This document shows positions 38,444 to 43,415 of a stretch of 43,415 bases of DNA, in pieces. Under the pieces are notes generated by a model. That model had not been told where the DNA came from. It did no database searches and was given only the letters and a program-made list of their open reading frames with translations. This DNA is from a candidate division FCPU426 bacterium (lineage in GTDB: Bacteria; Oederibacteriota; JAJYGY01; DAIDJD01). Location: positions 1 to 43,415 of the forward strand of contig JANLXT010000247.1 of NCBI GenBank assembly GCA_031365225.1, written 5' to 3'. Numbering within the stretch: position 1 is the stretch's first letter; each line of letters opens with the position of its first letter. The position numbers and the translations under genes are program-made.

Positions 38444-39448
38444 CTACTTGATCGGCCTCACGCTCAATTCCACCTCTTGCGCAGCCAAAGAGAAAGCCCA
38501 AATTTCTTCTGTAGGTAAAGTCAGCTCGCCCTTCACTTCCCCACCCAGATCTAAGATCAAAGCCCCCTGGCAGCGCTCTAGCCTCAGCCTGGTCCATTTG
38601 CCGGGTCGCCAGCCGAGGGGAGTGTTGGGTTTACCGAGCTTGGCTTTGTCAGGGCTGATCAAGAGCAGGCCAGATCCATCTGGCTGGGGGACCAATGAAA
38701 GCATCAGGGGGATGGCACCGGTTGAGCCGGGTTTTAGCTCGGCTTCCCAGGCTTGGCCGTCTTTAAGCGCGCCCAGCATTTGGGTGCGCGCGAGCTTCTT
38801 GCCCATGACCGATAGCAGGATGGCGCGCTGACGCGCTGACGCGGGCCAAGATTTGACGCGGGTTTTGGCGCAGGTCAGAGGACTTGGCGCAGAGCTGGCA
38901 TCGGTGCTTTGCGCCTGCCCAACTTTCACCACAGGTGTCTTTTGAGGTGGAGAATTTGACGCGGGCGCCGAATTTGGGTCGATCGTGTAGACACGTATGC
39001 CGCTCACCACAAAATCATCAGCGATGCCGACACCTGCGTCGATCTCTAGTCGGTGGGCGCCAGGACCGAGCGTGATGGGTGCCACCCAGGCCCAGCCTTT
39101 GGCATTGTGCTCGTGGCGCAGCGGACCGAGGGAACGGTTATCCAAACTGACCAGAGGCTCAGCCAGGTGCTCGCGATCCAGACCGAAGACTTTTTTGATC
39201 TCAATCCGCACGAACGCCGCACTCGTGAGCGTGAAGGGCCAGCTATGGGTACGCCCCGCCCACGGCTCCCGTAAGACTTGGACCGACGACGCGGTGTCAG
39301 GCGCTTCACTGCCATCCCCCAATCGCCAGCGCGCGTCATCTGACACAAAGTTCTTGGCGTGAAGCGTCACGCCAAGTCCAAGCATTAAACCAAGCAGGCT
39401 AGCGCGAACCACGGCCTGCCTTGGATTGCTTCTGAAGTTCCCGCTCAA
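38444..39448 (-). CDS. Secreted hypothetical protein (signal peptide; no recognizable family)
   Basis: N-terminal LLGLMLGLGVTLHA signal. 334 aa. High GC consistent with host genes. The track start overlaps the upstream gene by 50 nt, so the true start may be internal. Confidence 0.55.
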   Translation of the reverse strand: MSGNFRSNPRQAVVRASLLGLMLGLGVTLHAKNFVSDDARWRLGDGSEAPDTASSVQVLREPWAGRTHSWPFTLTSAAFVRIEIKKVFGLDREHLAEPLVSLDNRSLGPLRHEHNAKGWAWVAPITLGPGAHRLEIDAGVGIADDFVVSGIRVYTIDPNSAPASNSPPQKTPVVKVGQAQSTDASSAPSPLTCAKTRVKSWPASARQRAILLSVMGKKLARTQMLGALKDGQAWEAELKPGSTGAIPLMLSLVPQPDGSGLLLISPDKAKLGKPNTPLGWRPGKWTRLRLERCQGALILDLGGEVKGELTLPTEEIWAFSLAAQEVELSVRPIK

Positions 39449-41168
39449 GCAATTTTAAATTTTGCTGTCCTAACGCCCAATCAGGCTTAAGCGCCAGAGC
39501 GCTCAACAACGCCTGCTTGGCGTTGCTCAGGTCACCCGCGCCTGCCAGGGCCGTGGCCAAATTTCCCCAGGCTTCGTGACTGTTTGGGTTCAACGATAGC
39601 GAGTGACGCAACGCCGCATCGGCCGCGCGCAGGTCGCCTAGTTTGCCCAGGCTCAGCCCCAAGATATTCCACGCCTCAGCCGAGGATGCTTGCGCACGCA
39701 AGGCCGCTTGGGCCGCCGCCAGGGCCGCGGCGCTATCGCCCAACTTGTCCCATTGAACCGCCAAGGCCAAGGGCGCGCGAACATCTTCAGGCCAGAGGCG
39801 ATTGGCGCTGCCGAGCACAGGCCGAGCCAGATCGGGGCGGCCTGCCAACGCCAACTCTTGTCCTCGTCGCAAGAGCGCGCTGGCCTGAGCGTGCCGGCCA
39901 AAAAGAAGCAGACTGACGATGCTTAACGCGACCAGCCCGACGCCCACGGCTTGGGACCCACGACGACTGAGCGCTGTCTGGCGTTGCTCGCAAAGGCACC
40001 CGAGCAAAGCCCAAAAGAGCATGGCGCTTGGCACGATCGCCAACGGAAAATGGGCGGCGGCGTGCACGCTAAAAGCAAGCAGCGCGCCTACCGTGCCCCA
40101 GGCCTTGGTCACCCACGCCTGGCGTAGCCCAAAGAACCATAGCGCTAACAAAAAGAACAAGCCCGGCAAACCAGATTCCGCGGCTGTTTGAAGCCAGTCG
40201 TTGTGGGCGTGCGGCGTGTTGCGATAGACACCCCCCTCGCGATTAAGGCGCTCGCCTTGCGCTTGCGCGTACGCGTCCGCAAAGCGTCCCGCACCCACGC
40301 CCGTCAAAGGCCGCGACCACGCCAGATCGAGCGCGATCGTGCTCATCGCCAGACGCCCCTGCCAGCCATCGTCGTTGATGTTGGTCAAACTGGCTAAACG
40401 ACGCAGCGAATCGAGACCGCGCGGATTGAGCGCATGCGTGCCGGACAAGAGTATCAGCAAGAGCAAAGGCAAAATAAACAAGCCTGCCAATCGCCGCCCC
40501 CGCAACTGGCCCGCGCGCCACGCCTGAACGCAGACCCACGCCGCGCCCAGCGCGCCCGCCAACCACGCGGCTCGTGCTTGAGTCAAAGCGAGTGCGGTGC
40601 TGATCAGAAACACGGCCCAAACACGCCCGCGTTGGCGCAACCATGCGTCCAAGACCAAGGGCAAAGCCAACGCCAAGTAACCCCCCAAAAAGTCAGGGTT
40701 GCCTAAGGTGGCGTAAGCTCGACGCGAGAATCCCAATTCGACCGCGTCTTTGGCCAAGGGATCCCAGCCCAAGCCCTGCGCACAAGCGTAGGCCGCCACC
40801 GCCACCGCACCCCAAAGGCCGGCGCGTAACGCTAACGCGCGCGATGCTTGATTGCCACAGGCCAAAACGCCAAAGAGCGACCCAGTCAGCGCCCATTCAC
40901 ACAACCAGGCTAGCTCCAGCGGACCGCTCAAAGCGTGGCTTACCCCCCGCCACGCAAAATAAAAAAGCCCCGCCAGCGCCAAAGCGCCCCGGGGCTTTAC
41001 GAGTTCTGATCCAAACAAGATTCCAACACCTAGCAACAGTGTCGCCATCGCTAAGGCAAGCCATTGCGGCAAGCGATAAGCGTCTTCTAGTATTGGCGCG
41101 CAAGCGAGTGGTCCCAGCGCCAGCGCCAGCAGCAGTCCTAAACCTAAGGCCCGCTGCCCTCGGCTCAC
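39399..41168 (-). CDS. O-antigen ligase-like (Wzy_C family) polytopic membrane protein fused to C-terminal TPR repeats
   Basis: About 10 TM helices. Wzy_C-type loop ...YRNTPHAHNDWLQTAAESGLPGLFFLLALW. C-terminal TPR units (AEAWNILGLSLGKLGDLRAADAAL, HEAWGNLATALAGAGDLSNAKQAL). Confidence 0.75.
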   Translation of the reverse strand: MSRGQRALGLGLLLALALGPLACAPILEDAYRLPQWLALAMATLLLGVGILFGSELVKPRGALALAGLFYFAWRGVSHALSGPLELAWLCEWALTGSLFGVLACGNQASRALALRAGLWGAVAVAAYACAQGLGWDPLAKDAVELGFSRRAYATLGNPDFLGGYLALALPLVLDAWLRQRGRVWAVFLISTALALTQARAAWLAGALGAAWVCVQAWRAGQLRGRRLAGLFILPLLLLILLSGTHALNPRGLDSLRRLASLTNINDDGWQGRLAMSTIALDLAWSRPLTGVGAGRFADAYAQAQGERLNREGGVYRNTPHAHNDWLQTAAESGLPGLFFLLALWFFGLRQAWVTKAWGTVGALLAFSVHAAAHFPLAIVPSAMLFWALLGCLCEQRQTALSRRGSQAVGVGLVALSIVSLLLFGRHAQASALLRRGQELALAGRPDLARPVLGSANRLWPEDVRAPLALAVQWDKLGDSAAALAAAQAALRAQASSAEAWNILGLSLGKLGDLRAADAALRHSLSLNPNSHEAWGNLATALAGAGDLSNAKQALLSALALKPDWALGQQNLKLLERELQKQSKAGRGSR

Positions 41169-42310
41169 CGAGGGGGCGCCACCTTGCGCAACAAAGCCCG
41201 GGCAGCGATGTAGTCGGACGGCAAGGGAGCCATCACGGCCATGGGCTTGCCACTGCAGGGATGGGCAAAGCTCAATTTCCAGGCGTGCAGCGCTTGCCTC
41301 TTTAAGAGCAAAGGCAGGCCCTCAGTCAAGGCTTCGGGGCACTGCGGTGGCAGACGGCCGTAATCAGGATCGCATAAAACAGCGTGTCCAATAGATAGTA
41401 GATGAGCGCGAATCTGATGGGTACGGCCCGTCTCAAGCTTAAGCTCAAGCTCGGTCGCCAAACCATAGCGTGCCTCAACCTTAAAATGAGTGGTCGCTTC
41501 TTTGCCCCCCGCAAAGACCACGGCCATGCGCTTGCGCGACTTGTTATCCCGGGCCAACGCGCCTTCGATCGTACCAGATTCTTCAGCGATATCGCCCCAG
41601 ACTAGCGCGCGATAGATCCGCGTCACTTCGCGCGCGGCAATCATCCTTTGTAGCTCAACGAAGGCTTTTTCGCTCTTGGCCACGACCAAGCACCCTGTGG
41701 TGTCTTTATCTAGGCGATGCACGATACCGGGCCGCAGCTGGCCTTGGATCGGCTTGAGCTTGCCCTTGCAATGATAGAGCAGGGCGTTGACCAAGGTGCC
41801 ATCGGGGTGCCCAGCACCTGGATGGGTCAGCATGCCCGCAACCTTGTTCACCACGATGATGTCCGCGTCTTCAAAAAGTACGTTTAGTTTAAGGTCTTGC
41901 GGGATCAAGCGCGCTTCGGCCACCACTGGCAGCGCCATGGTCACCACGTCACCGACATGCAAGGACACCCGGTCCGTCGCGACCACTCCGTTGACCGTGA
42001 CACAGTTGTCTGCCATCAGACGTTGCACCCGCGAGCGCGAGATGACCTGCGCCTTGAGCTGCTGCGTCAAATAAAGATCCATGCGCAAGCCCTTGAATTC
42101 AGGGGCGACCGTCCACTGCAAAGGTGGGATGACCTTTGCCTCGACAAGCGCCGCCGGGACAATCTTCAGCTTGCCCTTCGGCTTTGGTTTGGATTTAGGC
42201 TTTGCTCTCGACTTTGATTTTGCCTTTAGCTTTGGCTTTGGCTTTGGCTTTAGCTTGGCTTTAGATTTTGCCTTCGGCTTTAATTTTTTCTTAGCTTTAT
42301 TTGCGGGCAT
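41165..42310 (-). CDS. RluA-family 23S rRNA pseudouridine synthase (RluD-like) with 45-aa Lys/Pro-rich N-terminal extension
   Basis: S4-like domain, then catalytic HRLDKDTTGCLVVAKS. N-terminus MPANKAKKKLKPKAKSKAKLKPKPKPKLKAKSKSRAKPKSKPKPKGKLK. Confidence 0.85.
   Translation of the reverse strand: MPANKAKKKLKPKAKSKAKLKPKPKPKLKAKSKSRAKPKSKPKPKGKLKIVPAALVEAKVIPPLQWTVAPEFKGLRMDLYLTQQLKAQVISRSRVQRLMADNCVTVNGVVATDRVSLHVGDVVTMALPVVAEARLIPQDLKLNVLFEDADIIVVNKVAGMLTHPGAGHPDGTLVNALLYHCKGKLKPIQGQLRPGIVHRLDKDTTGCLVVAKSEKAFVELQRMIAAREVTRIYRALVWGDIAEESGTIEGALARDNKSRKRMAVVFAGGKEATTHFKVEARYGLATELELKLETGRTHQIRAHLLSIGHAVLCDPDYGRLPPQCPEALTEGLPLLLKRQALHAWKLSFAHPCSGKPMAVMAPLPSDYIAARALLRKVAPPR
42165..42300. repeat. 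Degenerate hexanucleotide tandem repeats (CTTTGG/CTTTAG-type) encoding the KPK-rich extension of the pseudouridine synthase
   Basis: ggctttggtttggatttaggctttgc...tttggctttggctttggctttagcttggctttagattttgcc. Confidence 0.6.
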
Positions 42311-43046
42311 GGGAGAGCTTTCTCAAAAAGATGGCCGCAAGCAACAAGCCTACTAGGCTGATCCATTGGCCGGGCGTCAAGAGTGCCGATACCAAGGTGC
42401 CGCGTTCACTGTCATCACGTAACATTTCAATAAAAAATCGCCAGATCGCGTAAAGACCGATCCAAGACCAAAAGATCTGACCAGCAAAACTTCGGCGTGG
42501 TTTGGCCCAAGCCAGGCCACCCGCCAACAAGATCGCAAAGGCGCTCTCGTAAAGTTGGGTAGGCAGACGGGGCAACCCGTCCATCAAATTAGGAAAAACG
42601 ACCCCGTGCGCGTGGTTGACGGCGCCATAGCAACAGCCATTCAAAAAACACCCGACACGTCCCAGCGCTAGACCCACCGCCAAGCCTGGCGCGACACAAT
42701 CCCCAATAGCCCAGATGGGTAGCCCTTGCTTGCGCATCCAAAAATACGCCGTCACGCTGGCACCGATCAAGCCACCGTAAAAAACTAGCCCGCCTTCCCA
42801 GATCTTGACAATCGCCAGCGGATGCTCGTAAAAGTACTCCGGCTGCACCGCCACATACATCAAGCGCGCCCCGACCACCGACGCGATCATGATCCAGACG
42901 ATCAAATCCAAGACGGGCTCGTCCAAACGGCCCTCTTTGCGATTGAAGGCCACGGTCACCATGCTGCCAAATAAAAATCCAAGCGCAACCATCAGCCCGT
43001 AGGAGCGCAAGGTCAAGGGGCCAAGCTCAAAAAGTATGGGGTGCAT
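42297..43046 (-). CDS. lgt: Prolipoprotein diacylglyceryl transferase
   Basis: 249 aa. LGRVGCFLNGCCYG signature. Multi-TM. Confidence 0.9.
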   Translation of the reverse strand: MHPILFELGPLTLRSYGLMVALGFLFGSMVTVAFNRKEGRLDEPVLDLIVWIMIASVVGARLMYVAVQPEYFYEHPLAIVKIWEGGLVFYGGLIGASVTAYFWMRKQGLPIWAIGDCVAPGLAVGLALGRVGCFLNGCCYGAVNHAHGVVFPNLMDGLPRLPTQLYESAFAILLAGGLAWAKPRRSFAGQIFWSWIGLYAIWRFFIEMLRDDSERGTLVSALLTPGQWISLVGLLLAAIFLRKLSHARK

Positions 43047-43055
43047 GCGGACGCC

Positions 43056-43415
43056 TTACTTTAAAGGGGCAGGCAGTGGCCGAAAAGCACGCCACAGCAA
43101 AAGCGTGACGCCGACCGTGACCGCCGCGTCAGCCACATTGAAGACGGGCCAAGTATAGACGCTACGCACGCCCAACTCGATAAAATCAACGACCTCACCA
43201 TAGCGCGCGCGATCGACCGCGTTGCCAAGCGCCCCGCTGGTGATCAAGCCCAAGCTCAGTCGGCTGAGCTTATCGTGGGACTCTAGCTCGCGCAGGCTCC
43301 AGGCCACCGCCAGCAAGGCTATCAACGTCACCCCAAAAAAGAAGGGCAAGCGCCACGCGGCGTCCGCGTCCGCAAGCATCGAAAAGGCCGCCCCGGGATT
43401 GCGCACGTAGGTCAA
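43056..43415 (-). CDS. lspA: Lipoprotein signal peptidase II, N-terminus beyond window edge
   Basis: NPGAAFSML and FNVADAAVTVG motifs. The ORF runs to the end of the window. Confidence 0.8.
   Translation of the reverse strand: MTYVRNPGAAFSMLADADAAWRLPFFFGVTLIALLAVAWSLRELESHDKLSRLSLGLITSGALGNAVDRARYGEVVDFIELGVRSVYTWPVFNVADAAVTVGVTLLLWRAFRPLPAPLK

Overview
This is a GC-rich bacterial chromosomal window (around 60% GC by eye) and most of it is densely packed, largely minus-strand housekeeping genes. (1) Nt 1-1841 carry a 5'-truncated GH43 glycosidase fused to a malectin-like domain, converging on a bidirectional terminator. (2) Nt 1894-13975 hold one very tight minus-strand string, with 4-bp overlaps or gaps of at most 10 bp. 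In order it encodes an ECF sigma factor, a putative anti-sigma factor, a tandem Lrp/AsnC-like protein that resembles siroheme decarboxylase NirDL/AhbAB, nadA, an RlmI-like rRNA methyltransferase, a TPR protein, a heterodimeric ABC exporter pair, nadB, a hotdog thioesterase and a YihX-like HAD hydrolase. No nadC is present. (3) Nt 14052-20055 form a plus-strand block. It encodes a SAM methyltransferase, a PorV/UPF0164-like outer-membrane protein with a C-terminal FN3-like domain, and a 1000-aa secreted protein. That protein has an unknown N-terminal domain, Pro/Thr/Ser linkers, an NHL-repeat beta-propeller and a T9SS/FlgD-Ig-like C-terminal sorting domain. An SPFH/band-7 protein closes the block. 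(4) Nt 20186-27444 look like a minus-strand accessory glycan region. It starts with a GH18 chitinase-like enzyme carrying acidic Thr/Glu repeats and a T9SS-type C-terminal domain. Three independently terminated paralogous secreted proteins follow. Each carries CBM11/CIA30-like beta-sandwich modules and an unusually conserved mature N-terminal motif, FPFWLEAPPSTRPNPFD, directly after the signal peptide. A secreted TPR protein ends the region. (5) Nt 27574-36828 are a pyrimidine operon on the minus strand, in the order pyrR-pyrB-pyrC-purC-carA-carB-pyrD. The leader shows a sigma70-like promoter and an intrinsic-terminator attenuator immediately upstream of pyrR. (6) Nt 36960-38440 are a visibly lower-GC island with small membrane proteins. 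Inside it a GIY-YIG nuclease gene is bracketed by about 85-bp GC-rich imperfect inverted repeats that each fold into a hairpin. This looks like a miniature mobile or structured-repeat cassette. (7) Nt 38444-43415 encode a secreted hypothetical protein, an O-antigen-ligase-like protein fused to TPR repeats, an RluD-like pseudouridine synthase with a 45-aa Lys/Pro-rich N-terminal extension, lgt and a truncated lspA. I found no rRNA, tRNA or CRISPR by eye. The most unusual items are the N-terminal-motif paralog trio, the GIY-YIG inverted-repeat cassette and the PorV-like/NHL-CTD/SPFH block.
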